NCBI GenBank assembly: GCA_048128005.1
Contig: JBEUKZ010000112.1
Coordinates: 62,001-126,000, forward strand
DNA from: Veleropilina oligotropha
Lineage: Eukaryota
DNA length: 64,000 bases
Reading direction: 5' to 3'
Positions 1 through 11,770 of this stretch are shown in pieces (within the stretch, counting starts at the first letter, position 1; each line of letters opens with the position of its first letter). The notes beneath the pieces were generated by a model. That model saw only the letters and a program-made list of their open reading frames with translations. It was not told where the DNA came from and made no database searches. The position numbers and the translations under genes are program-made.

Positions 1-196
1 AATGCTCGTTAATGAATAGTTCCACACTTGGCTATCATTGTTACATATGTATTCAACTTGCTTTAAAGATAACAAGATGAAATGAATGGAGAAGAATTGA
101 ATCTCAATATATTTAAATGTATGTATTAATTAACATTAATAAGTTTGGCATCGATAATAACCAAGAGGATATGCATTGTCCAGAGTTCTGATCTTG

Positions 197-412
197 CTAC
201 CATAGCTTAGTCGTAATGATGCTGGAACATGACGCTAGGAATCTGAGTTCAATTCCAAGAGGTGCAGAGAATTTGTCACAGGTATACCTCATCTGCATTG
301 CACACAGTATCAGTCTGTTGGATGTGATGTTTAACCGGTGACTCCGAATAAATAATACGGCTGGTAATTAATGTTAAAATGTGGCCGTAAAACTCAATTG
401 AATCAAATCAAA
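197..412 (+). mobile_element. tRNA-derived SINE, degenerate
   Basis: A-box-like TAGCTTAGTCG and B-box-like GAGTTCAATTCC head, (AATCA)-type tail; related inverted copy at about 48262-48470. Confidence 0.55.
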
Positions 413-560
413 CTTGCTACCAGTACCAGCTTGAATATCAGCTGTTTCAAATTCACTACACTAAAATTTAGTTGTACAGTTGTGATTTGTCCTTTGTGTG
501 CTTTTATTTCAATTCAACTTTTCAATTATCTTTGGCCAATCGCAAAAATGCACCATTAGT

Positions 561-1835
561 TTATTGTCTCGCCCCGAAGGAAAGCGAGACTAAGGGATTA
601 CTTTTTCCGGCAGCGTCGTGTCATCTTAGTTAATGCTTTTCATTGAGTGTATACGACTTGCTCAAGGCACTTTTTGTCTCGCCCCGAAAGAAAGCAAGAC
701 TAGGGGATGGCTTGTTCCGTCGTGTCATCTTGGTTAAAGTTTTTCATTGAGTATATATGGCTTGCTCAAGGCACTTTTTGGCACAAATATGCTTTGTTAT
801 TGGTTGCATGGATGTCACCTGATACTCTGGCAGTGATATTGAATATATTTTAATATAATTAATGGAAATATAATGGTCTTTTGGGACATAGAAATTTAGG
901 CAAATTTTGGGTTAAAGGATATCACCTAATACTCGGGCATTGATATGAAATAAAATTTCATATAATTGATGCATAACATTTGTGTTTTTAAACTTAGAAT
1001 TTTCGGATAAAGTTTTTCATTGATTGCAATTATGAGATGGTCAACACACTTTTCTAGTAAATTCCTAAATCTAAAGGGGCGAGACATATCGGACCGTAGT
1101 TCTTGTTTGCATATATATGCTTTGTTTTTGGTTGTATGGATGTCACCTGATACTCTGGCAGTGATATTGAATAAATTTTAATATAATTAATGGAAATATG
1201 GTGGTCTTTTTTAACATATATATTTAGGTGAACTTTCGGTTAACGTTTTTCTTCAAGTGTATATGGCTTGCTCAAGGCACTTTTTTGGCATATATATGCT
1301 TTGTTATTGGTTGTGTGGATGTCACCTGATACTCTGGCAGTAATATGGAATAAATTTTATTATAATTAATGGAAATATGGTGGTCTTTTGGGACATAGAA
1401 ACTTAGGTTAAAGTTTTTCATCAAGTGTATATCGCTTGCTCAAAGCACTTTTTGGCACATATATATGCTTTATTGGTTGTACTAAAATCACTTTTTGGAA
1501 TATGTATGCTTTGGTATTGTTTATATGGATATCACCTAATACTCTGGCATTGTTATGAATTAAAATTTCATATAATTGATGCATAACATTTGTGTTTTTG
1601 GACTTACAATTTTCGGCTAAGGTTTTTCAATGATTGTGATTATGAGATGGTCAAAACACTTTTCTAGTAAATTCCTAAATCTAAAGGGGCGAGACACATC
1701 GGACCATGGTTCTTGTTGGACTTAGAATTTTCGGCTAAAGTTTTTCAATGATTGCAATTATGAGATGGTCAAAACACTTTTCTAGTAAATTCCTAAATCT
1801 AAAGGGGCAAGACATATCGGATCGTGGTTCTTGTG
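561..1835 (+). mobile_element. Non-autonomous Helentron-type element (HINE) with internal tandem repeats and duplicated ends
   Basis: 5' TGTCTCGCCCC...GCGAGAC hairpin at about 565 and 675, internal degenerate repeats, three 3' blocks GGGGCGAGACA...TTCTTGT at about 1075, 1685 and 1803. Confidence 0.7.
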
Positions 1836-2046
1836 TTAACTATCAGCCAAAATCTATGTAATCAAACCTAGAAAACACAACCTTTTCTGGACTTGTAGTA
1901 TGTTTGTGAACCAAGAACATTTTAGAATTTTATTAACGGTTGCCTGATTTCTGTTTCTGGTACATTTGCAGATCTGATAAGGTTAACAGTACTTTATTGC
2001 AATCGCTCCTGGGTGATTATCTGATATTTCTAAAAAATACATCTGG

Positions 2047-2598
2047 GGCCCAGATTCACAAAAACGTCATACGATCGATCATAGACGTAAAATTAAAACG
2101 TCTGTATCATGAAATGTTGTATGACAAATGTTACGTGCAAATGACATAATTCTTGTACATGTAGTACGATATTTTGTGAAACAGTGTGTGCATGTGTCTT
2201 ACAACCATTTAATTTCTTCTTTGTAAGATTTAAGATGAATGGCATTGTTAGAATTATGACCATTTCCAGAAGACCAGATATGGGATCGAGACTAAAACAG
2301 ATTCCCAACTACGATAGAAATAAAAAAATGTGAACATTCATAAACGAAACTATGTCGTCTATCTATTGAAAGAAACATTTATCGATTGAAGATCTTATCA
2401 CTAATCTCACATAACGGTAAGATCTTCACTGGTGGAATGTTATGTTGATATTTGAAATGGCTAGCATGACTTTTCTCATAAACCATTACTGTTCCAAAAT
2501 AATATGTGACCTATCAGGGTTTGTTGGTAATAAATGAGAGACATTCAATTTGACATCTAAAATTCCAGATGCATGAGGTTCACTTGTGTAATGGGGCC
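2047..2598. mobile_element. Possible degenerate Harbinger-type MITE
   Basis: Left end GGGCCCAGATTCACAAA; right end TTGTGTAATGGGGCC is only an imperfect inverted match. Confidence 0.3.
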
Positions 2599-2877
2599 GA
2601 CATCTAGTTAATCGTTACCTGTCAGCGACGCCATGAAATGTACAGAATTGCTGCCACTCCAAACTTGTGCCTTTTACTATTTTCAGGTTTCTGACATTAA
2701 TAATTTTTTTAAATAGATGGCTGATATAAGATTGACATACTATACTACCTATAATGGCCAACACCTTTGTCCAGAGCATATCTCCAAAACCGTATAGGCT
2801 ACATATCGAAACTTTGTACACACAATAACTAGGGTGAGCATTTGTGCGTTTTGCTATTTTAGTTTTTCTGCAATTTT

Positions 2878-3836
2878 TATTTTGGGCTCGCCTGTTCGAC
2901 AGGGCTTAATAGTCGTGGACTGGTGTCCATTGGCGTCGGCGTCCGCTGATCGCTTTTTGTCACATTTGGTATAAACCTTGTATACCATCAGGCCTTGCCC
3001 AAGTTCAAAGGTCAAGGTCGTTTTCCAATCTGGACTTGGAAGATTGCTTTCTGTCAAATTGAAGACGAACTGCTGGACCTACACTTTTCATATTTAGTAT
3101 ACACCTTGCATACCACCAGGCCTTGGCTAAGTTCAAAAATGGGGTCAAGGTCATATTCGTGGAGTTTAAATCTGGACTTGGAAGATTGCTTTCTGTCAAA
3201 TAGAAGACGAACCGCTGGACCTACGCTTTTCATATTTGGTATACAATCAGGCCTTGCCGAAGTTCAAAGGTCAAGGTCGTTTTCGCGTATTTCCAATCTG
3301 GACTTGGAAGATTGCTTTCTGTCAAGTAGAAGACGATCCGCTGAACTTACGCTTATATTTGATATACACCTTGTATGCCATCAGGCTTTGGCTAAGTTCA
3401 AATGTCAAGGTCGTTTTTGTGTATTTCCAATCTGGACTTGGAAGATTGCTTTATGTCAAATAGAAGACGAACCGCTGGACTTAGGCTTTTCATATTTGGT
3501 ATACACCTTGTATACCATCAGGCCTAGCCTAAGTTTAAAGATGGGGTCAAAGTTCAAGGTCATTTTCATGTATTTCTGTTCTGGACTAGCAAGATTCCAT
3601 TCTGTCACAGAAGACGAACCGCTAGACCTACACGTTTCATATGTGGTATGCACCTTGTGTACCATCAGGCCCTGCCCAAGTTCAAAGATGTGGTCACTGG
3701 GTCAAAGGTTAAGAACTATTGTAAAATATACTTTCTGACAGTTACTATGAAATTTAATATAGAGTTATTGATTATTTAATCTCTATGGATGTATTATATA
3801 CAAAATGCGGGCCAGTATGATGAGCATACCTCTAGT
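2878..3836 (+). mobile_element. HINE-like element with ~120-bp tandem repeat array
   Basis: About six copies of CCAATCTGGACTTGGAAGATTGCTTTCTGTCAA...GAAGACGAACCGCTGGAC; ends in CTCTAGT. Confidence 0.6.
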
Positions 3837-4668
3837 ATAAATATAAGATTGACATATACTGTAACAAGCGAAGGCACGAACTGGGTGTCCAAGTGCCTTT
3901 TGCTACCTTCAAGATTAATCCAACACCAAAGGGTACGGCAATGGATAGACCACTAATGGAGTGGCTATTAAGTATAGGCACTTGCTTGAGTCCAACCTAC
4001 AGCTCATTCTACCGGTTGCTCAGATCCAAGTGAAATCTTAAAGCGGGTGTCTCTACTTTGATAGACTGAAAAATTGTCAAAAGTATAAAGCCCAGTTCTC
4101 ACCTTCACGGATGTCTACGGTGCAACTACCACGGCAAACCGTGATGATCCGTACACTTTTGTATGACCTACTACGGCCGTACGTACTACGGTTATTGACG
4201 ACAGTCGACGGTGAACTTACGACGTACCTACGGCATTCCACGTCAAGCGTACGGTGAGGACCACGGAACTGTTACGGTATTTCAAGGTCTGTCTACGAAA
4301 TCCTACGGTCTATCGTACTGAACGTACGGTGGTCTCACGGTATAGTACGTTTGCCTACGGCATACCGTACAAGATGCTTCACGATCGTCTACGGTGCACT
4401 TGGCTGGTGAGTATTTAAAGGCCTTCCCTCTCTTCACCCTCTCATTCTACCGTCGTCACCCAGACAGATCACTACAAGGTCCCATTGTAGATAGTTCTTG
4501 TGTCATCGAAAGTTGTTGGCTGAAAGAGGGAACAAGTTGTGCAACCTGCCTTTTGTACCCTTCAGACATCACATGTTGCCGCCCACCGTAGACAGTCGTA
4601 GCGGCACCGTAGACATCCGTGGTAACACCGTAGCAAACCGCCGACATTCGTCACCAAATCTTACTCTA

Positions 4669-7600
4669 ATTTAATTTAAACAATATTTTATTACAACTTA
4701 CAGAATATACAAGTTACACGTATACATGTACAGGTGGCAATGAGGCAGCAGGTTAAACCTATGTAAGCCCTCTCGCCGAAATATTTACATTGGTGTATTA
4801 CATTATTAAAGATAAAGTGCGGTAGGTAAGTCGTATATAATCAGTAATAGCTATTGTGAGAAATAATGAGTTAAGTGAGATACTGATTATAAAGTATGAT
4901 CTTTCTGCTCAACAACTGATAACAATAATGAGAACATATATTATAGCAAATGCAATGAGAAGAACAAAAGCAAAAACAAAAGCAAAAGCAACCCAGGGGT
5001 GGTCTAATTTGTCGTGATCGTTATTTATAATTTATTCCTTTATTGAAAACGATTTGTTCTTTTTATGTACGTCTGAACAACTTTGAATATATTTTGGTTA
5101 TCTTGGTATCGGAAATCTATATTTCCGAATAGTAGGTCTGATATATTTAAGGTTCCCAGTTCATCTAACATGGACTGGCGCTCGCCTGCATAAGACGGGC
5201 AGTCAAGAAGGTAGTGGGAGACATCTTCGTTCCAGTAACCGCATGCACAACATGGACTCTCAGTGATATTTATTCGGAACAGGTATGCGTTTAGAGTACT
5301 ACAGTATTTGTTTCATAAGCGTGTATGCAAGATTGCAGACTTTCTATCCATCTCGTAATCATAATATCGTTTAATCGGTTGACGGATTAAAATTTTATTT
5401 TTAAAAATGCTAATCGACCTTGCATGTTTAGTTTCCGGCTCAAGATTATTCCATTCTTGAATAGTACGAGGAAAATATGATTTTCGAAAAACTTCAGTTC
5501 TTGCATTAACAGTAGATATGTGATGTCGGTTACGAAGTGAATATGGAGTTTGTGATTGTCTTACTGGGGGGAGCAAAATGCTTAGAGAAGAAGGACAGTG
5601 ACCGTTATTAGGTTTGTACATTAAGATTAGCCTTTTGTTATGACGTCTAGTTTTTAAACTGTCCATATTTGCCTCTTTTAATAGGCAATCGAGAGGACAC
5701 CATTTTGGCAGACCTGTTATTATCCTAATAGCTTCGTTTTGCAAATTGTCTATTCGAGTTGATTGGTACTGTGTGATGTTATCCCAAACTACAGACCCAT
5801 ATTCCAACATGGGTCTTATGAAAGCAAGATATATTGTACGTAGTGTAGCTCTATTGAAGTTATATTTATGCGAACGGAGTAATGCAAGTTGTAGTGAAAC
5901 TTTTGCTATAATAGAATCGCAGTTATCTTTCCATGTTGCTGAGTTATTAAATATGAACCCAAGATGCTTATGCGTGTCTACTAGCGCAATTGGGGTGCCG
6001 TCCATAACTGGTCTGGGAACAGTGGCTTTTTTGGAACGTGTAATAAATAAACATTCAGTCTTAAGTGGGTTAAACTTAACCAACCACTTTTCAGCCCATC
6101 GATGGATAGTTTCCAGATCATCATTTATCATAGGAGATATATCTGAATCTGGGGGATGGACAAAAATTAACGATGTATCATCGGCAAATAATCGTACATC
6201 TGATTTGACGTTTACATAAATATCATTGATAAAGATGAGGAACAATAATGGTCCCAGGACTGATCCTTGTGGTACCCCGGCATTTGTGAACCCCCATTGC
6301 GACATACTATTATTAATAACAACTCTTTGTCTGCGACCTCTTAAATAGTCCCTAAACCAATCTAATAAATGGCCAGTAATTCCAAATTCTTCAAGTTTCG
6401 TCAATAAACCCCTATGCCACACTCTGTCAAATGCCTTAGATACGTCGCAAAAGACTGTTGTAACACAATTCCCTAAATCTAACTCTGTCAAAATTTTATG
6501 ATAAATCTCTAGTAATTGACTTTCAGTTGACCGACCTGGTAAAAAACCTGCCTGATATGGGTATAATAGTGACTGGTCTTGTAAGTGCTTAAGAACATAT
6601 TTAAATATTACCTTTTCAAATACTTTGCTGAGAGTACTTGTTAGAGACTGGTCTGAACATTTGGGGTTCATCCGCACCCTTAGACTTTGGTATGGGATGG
6701 ACATGAGAACTTTTCCAAGCTGTGGGAAATTTCGATTCCTGTAAGCAATAATTAAAGATCTTGGACAGGGGACGAGCAATGGAGTGATTAATCTTTTTGA
6801 GGACATTTGTGGTTACACCGTTAGGGCCTGGGGCTTTGTTATTGGATAAACTTTTGATTGCATTGTAAACATCGCTTGGCAATATATTAATATTTTCCAG
6901 AGTCACATTTGTCATTTGCCTGAGATTGGGTGTTGGTACATTCCTATCGTTGATGTTAGATATTTGTACAAAGTAATCATTAAGAATATTGGCCTTGTCT
7001 ACATCGTCTGTCAAATACACGTCTGGAATAAGTGCGCTTTTAATTGGTGGAAAAGTTTTATTTTCCTTAACTCCATATGTCCCTTTAACTAATTTCCACC
7101 AAGTGTTGTTTTTGTTTGAAGCTGTATTAATAGTTTTGAAAATGTTCTCCTTGTATTTTATTTTGGCTTCGCGAACAAGCTGTATGACATAATTTCGCAG
7201 CTCTCTATATTTTTTCCATAAGTTCGGTGTGTTATATATTTTGGCCAGTTTGTGTTTTCTATTTCTCTTACGCATACCTTTCCGAATAGTGCCGTTCATC
7301 CATGGTTTGTCGCGAGGTCGGATGGTTACCAATTTGTTAGGGATGAATTGTTCCGATAAATTCGTTAACAGGTTTGTAAAATTATTGATCAATTCATCGA
7401 TGTCAGTAGGTGAGAGAATAAATAAATCCCAATCTATATTCATTAACGTTTCTGAAAAATGTTCATAATTCCCTTCTTGGTATTTCCATATTTTCCTTTT
7501 AAAGGCATGTGCTTTTTCTTTAGTAGTTGCTAGGTTTAATAAGAATGGAGAATGATCACTACAAAAGGGAACCATCACTTTTGCGCTTGAGATAATATTA

Positions 7601-8029
7601 GGACAATTGACAAAAGCTAAATCTATTAACGTTGAGGAGTTCTGTGTTATTCTGGTTGGTTTTTGGATTATTTGGTCAAAATTATAACTGATAAGCAAAT
7701 CTTTAAACCTTGAACATGCATCTGAGAGAAAATTAATATTAAAATCCCCAACCAGAATAGCTTGATTATTCCTTGCTGTTAAAATATCTAGAAAATCTGT
7801 AAAATTAGCTTGCCATTCAGCCAACGGTGCATTAGCTGGTCTATAAATACAAGAGATTAACATAGTCATTGGCTTATGTTTGATAAATACCTCCATGACA
7901 ATGCATTCCATATTATTAGGTTCAAGCTGTGAAAGTCTATTACATTTATGGTTATGATTAATGTACAACGCTACTCCACCACCGTGCCGATTTCGATCCC
8001 TTCTTAGTAACGAGTAGCCAGGAACATGC
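4669..8029 (-). mobile_element. 5'-truncated CR1/L2-group LINE
   Basis: 12-bp TSD AATCTTACTCTA at 4657-4668 and 8030-8041; AATAAA plus (TAAAT) tail on the minus strand; APE and RT coding sequence. Confidence 0.93.
5040..8029 (-). pseudogene. LINE ORF2 (APE endonuclease plus reverse transcriptase), frameshifted near 6640 and disrupted near 5313
   Basis: GGGVA, YRP, GDFN, LIDL, SDH (APE); KAPGP, QAGF, DVSKAFDRVWH, GVPQGSVLGP, LFADDT (RT); C-terminal Cys/His motif. Confidence 0.92.
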
Positions 8030-9420
8030 AATCTTACTCTACCGTAGTGACGCCATAGAGTTACCGTAGCAAGTCGTGATAAAACGTCTGCCACGGTGAA
8101 CCATGAAGGCAATGAACGTACGGATCATCACGAATCTGTCTACGATCTTCTACGTCAACCTACGGTCAATAAAACGCCGTAGCGGCACCGTGATGGTTTT
8201 GTGCATGCACAAAATTTTACTGCTTTCTCCGGTCCTTCCCGGTGAACGACGGAATAGTACGGTCACTCACGGATCAATCTACGACGCTTCAGGGATCATC
8301 CCGGATGGCCACGGTGAACTGAACCGTAGTGCAAACCGTGTAGGTGAGAACTGGGATTTAGTAAAACAAAGTTGCCAACCAACCAACTGCTTGTGTTCCG
8401 TCCATCATCAAACGATAGCATGATTGACTGATTCACATTAAACAACTTACAAACGGTTATCTAGTCTGTTGCACTGCCAAGTATTGGCAACTTTTGAAGA
8501 CCATCCTACGTGTGACGATACAGCAGCCGTGATGGAATTCCTCATGATGTCTTCAAGGATGGAGGAGCCACACTCATTGCTAACCTGAATCAACTGTTCT
8601 AATTTTTAAACCTGTTGTTCTAAATAATATGATCGAATCAAAGTAAAGAAATAACTGTCAATGGGTTTAATTAAGTGCACAATCACTGAATGAGACCTAT
8701 TACTAGCTATAACAGAAACAAGACTACTCATCCAAGGTCTGTTATATGTATCATTAAACATTTCTGTGACATCATCTATTGTTTTGGGCAGTTGTTTATT
8801 CTGCCTATTCAATTGAAGAACAAAGCTTTCTTGGCGCAGAAGTGCATTATTTTCTGGGCATTCAACTAATACACTCCAATTAAGGATTCCCATTGAACTA
8901 ATCCATCCAATTAAAGACCCTATTCAACTATTTCACTTCAATTAAGTTCAATAGAGACACCTGGTGGGAATGAGGATATTGTTCAATGGTGAAATGTTTT
9001 AAGTTGCATAAACTACTCTATAGCGTTGAATAGTTTATCTCATACATAACATATTTAAATTTGCAACTTGTAAACGGTATAATGACACTGAAATTAGATA
9101 TTATATGATTCTCTTATTTCCATCATAATGATTCCATATATTTACAAAATGCATCTTAACAACAGAGTTAACATGCATGAGAACAGGGGCGATAATCGGG
9201 ATGACTGATAAAAACTTTCATACAGCCCCTCTTGCACTTCTTTGTTGTCCCGGGTTGTATAAACTTGTATGTTATAATATTTTCAAAACTCCCTCTATCC
9301 CCATCCTCGTAACACAATCATGTTCAAAATAAAATTTAGAAAATGCCTTATAAAATATCCGTGTTGACTTGTAAAACAGCCATCAACAAATATCTGAAAC
9401 ATATACTAGTAATTGAAAAG

Positions 9421-9680
9421 GAAAGGTAAGGATCAATGGTTAATATCCTGTAAATTTCCAACCATCATTTGGTTCAAACCAGACATGTCCGTATTATCGC
9501 GAGAGGAAATCCCGGTCGCCCGGGTAAACCCGCCCTCTTCGACCAATCACGGACAACTGTGATTCATAATTTGAACAAATGTGTGATGTCTCAGCCGCGG
9601 GTTGAACCCACTACTGATCGCGTCAGCCGAATCAAGTCAGTGATTTTTGGAATCCACAACCGTCCCACTGTGCTACTTGT
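9421..9680 (-). mobile_element. tRNA-derived SINE, same family as 40118-40372
   Basis: Shares GGAAATCCCGGTCGCCCGGGTAAACCC and TCACGGACAACTGTG...TTGAACAAATGTGTG with the 40.1 kb copy. Confidence 0.8.
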
Positions 9681-9964
9681 AATTGAGTTGGTGTCAAGAA
9701 ACGTAGTGTAAAAGCACTACAATCATTTGAAAAATATCAAGAATTTAATTTTTGTATACATAAAAATCGAAGTATTGATGTCAACATCTATTAATAAATA
9801 GATGTTGTTATTGTCCACAATAACAGGAATGTCTCCCCTATTTGAATAGAAGTGTAAAAGGAATATCCTGGCAACTTCTAGTCACAATCAGTTTTGCAAC
9901 TGAAAACAGTTGCGAGTTCATTTTTCATATAAAGCAATACGTGCATTCGATCAGGTTGTAAGAC

Positions 9965-10205
9965 TGGTCGCTTCGTGTGGTCTCTGTAGTGAGGTCTGAA
10001 AATGTTGATTATGTTAACACGAACAGTAGTGGGTTTGAGCCTCCGTTGGGGCATTATTTGTTCAAGTTATCCGTAACTGATCGGAGACTGAGGCGGGCAT
10101 CCCCAGCGACCGGGCTTTCCTTCCGCGATAATATGAACATGTCCTGCTTTGAACCAAATGATGGTTGGAACTATACAGGACATTAAGCATCGATCATTTC
10201 CTTTT
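9965..10205 (+). mobile_element. tRNA-derived SINE
   Basis: GTGGTCTCTGTAGTG head, GGGTTTGAGCC B-box-like motif, 3' ACAGGACATTAAGCAT; inverted relative of the 9421 copy. Confidence 0.7.
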
Positions 10206-10383
10206 TATATCACTGGCCATAATGGAGATTTGCTGCTCTCACTTTATGGAACAGTTCCTGAATGTTGGTTTGCAGCATTGCATTAATACCTTTTGCTGTG
10301 TTCATGAGAATTGATAGATGTCACATCAAATTTATTTAGTCTTGACAAGAGGATTTTGAATATTATAAAATGTTCTTCATTAA

Positions 10384-11440
10384 CCCTTTGAACACCGAGT
10401 CCCTGAGCGTATTGCCACCCACACACTGGGTTCCTGAGGCAGTATAACGCAAAATAAATAATTTTTGATATTGGCATTTTCTGCCTCTGAAATATTGTTA
10501 TGTACTTCTGGAAGCATAAATAAACGTAAAATAAGTGATGAGTGTTGTTTTATGAAAGCTAGCGCCAGTATTCCACTTGTACCAACAGTTATTTCCCGGG
10601 GAACCGATGCCGAAAAATTTATCACAGTAATTGCACCAATGAACAGTTTTAGATCGCTTGGGGAGGCCCTTATCTCATGCATTAGGTTCTGCCCTTTTGT
10701 CCCTGATTTACATTTCCCTGCAAATGCGACATCTGTTGTTTCGTGTGGGGTGGAGGGGGGGGGGGGTGTCTTTCAGCATCATGATGGGCATCCCTCATCA
10801 GACAGTGTTCGTCCGTAACTGAGTCAGAAACACGCCTCTCAAATCATGTCTGTGTTGATTTTACAGGTCCTACGAATTCCTCACACAAGGCTTCCACAAA
10901 CAAGTGGAAAATGAATGTTTTCCTTCCTGGAATGTCGTGGAGTTTCACATAATCCATCTGCACGTACGCAGACATTGTAAGCACGACGTCCCACATCATG
11001 ACTACCTATTCTCCGTTGACCACGCCCCCTTTCTGGACAACGGTCAATCTCACTCGTCAGTAGCCGGTATATTGACCGAGTCGGTGTCAGACTGTGTCAC
11101 GACTCTCATAACCAGTCGCCTCAAAATCGCTAATTCCACTCTCAAAATTACATTCATTTCCATATTCATACCCTTGTACGCTCTCATTATCTAAATCAAC
11201 CAATCGATATATCACCTGATCAACTTATAGGTGTTTACTCATCATATTTATCGATATAACTTCAAGAGAAAGCCGCAAACTTCTAGAATCGTCTGCAACT
11301 ATTTCCGATGAACGTTCAAGCCGAAGTGCATATGATAGGAGGTCGCTGATTGGCTAGAAAGTCTCTATACACACTAGTGCATGTCACCGGCCGCTCATAT
11401 TTATGGCCATGTTATGTAGCGGCCGCTCGTGTTCAAAGGG
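10384..11440. mobile_element. Non-autonomous piggyBac-type element
   Basis: TIRs CCCTTTGAACAC / GTGTTCAAAGGG with TTAA on both sides; no transposase ORF. Confidence 0.92.
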
Positions 11441-11770
11441 TTAAGTACCTAAGTAGTGTTTTGTCTGAACGTTTATTAATTGCATAACGCTTTTCAAAGA
11501 GGTACTTGTGCAGAATGACTGTTTATATGTGATTGGCGCTTCTGACATGTCTGACGTCATGTAACAAACTCTCAATAATGAACACGTAGTTGGGCAGTGA
11601 AACATTTAATGACTGCTGTATATGTATTTTATACCACATCATAATATCAAGGGAGATAATTAATTTGGTTACACAATACAAAATAATTGATTAGCAATAT
11701 AGGAGAGATATATGTATATGACAATACACGTACAAGGAAAATAATGTGATATTGACAATAAATGACTTCA

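Larger units (their letters stand above)
4088..8358. mobile_element. Non-autonomous TIR DNA transposon (~0.9 kb without the nested LINE)
   Basis: TIRs AAGCCCAGTTCTCACCT / AGGTGAGAACTGGGATT flanked by TA; both halves are rich in TACGG/CCGTA motifs. Confidence 0.85.

Noticed and set aside
2995..3738. 247-aa ORF and overlapping short ORFs
   Set aside because: Translation of a tandem repeat array with no protein motifs
5746..7468. Plus-strand ORFs over the LINE
   Set aside because: Antisense frames of ORF2
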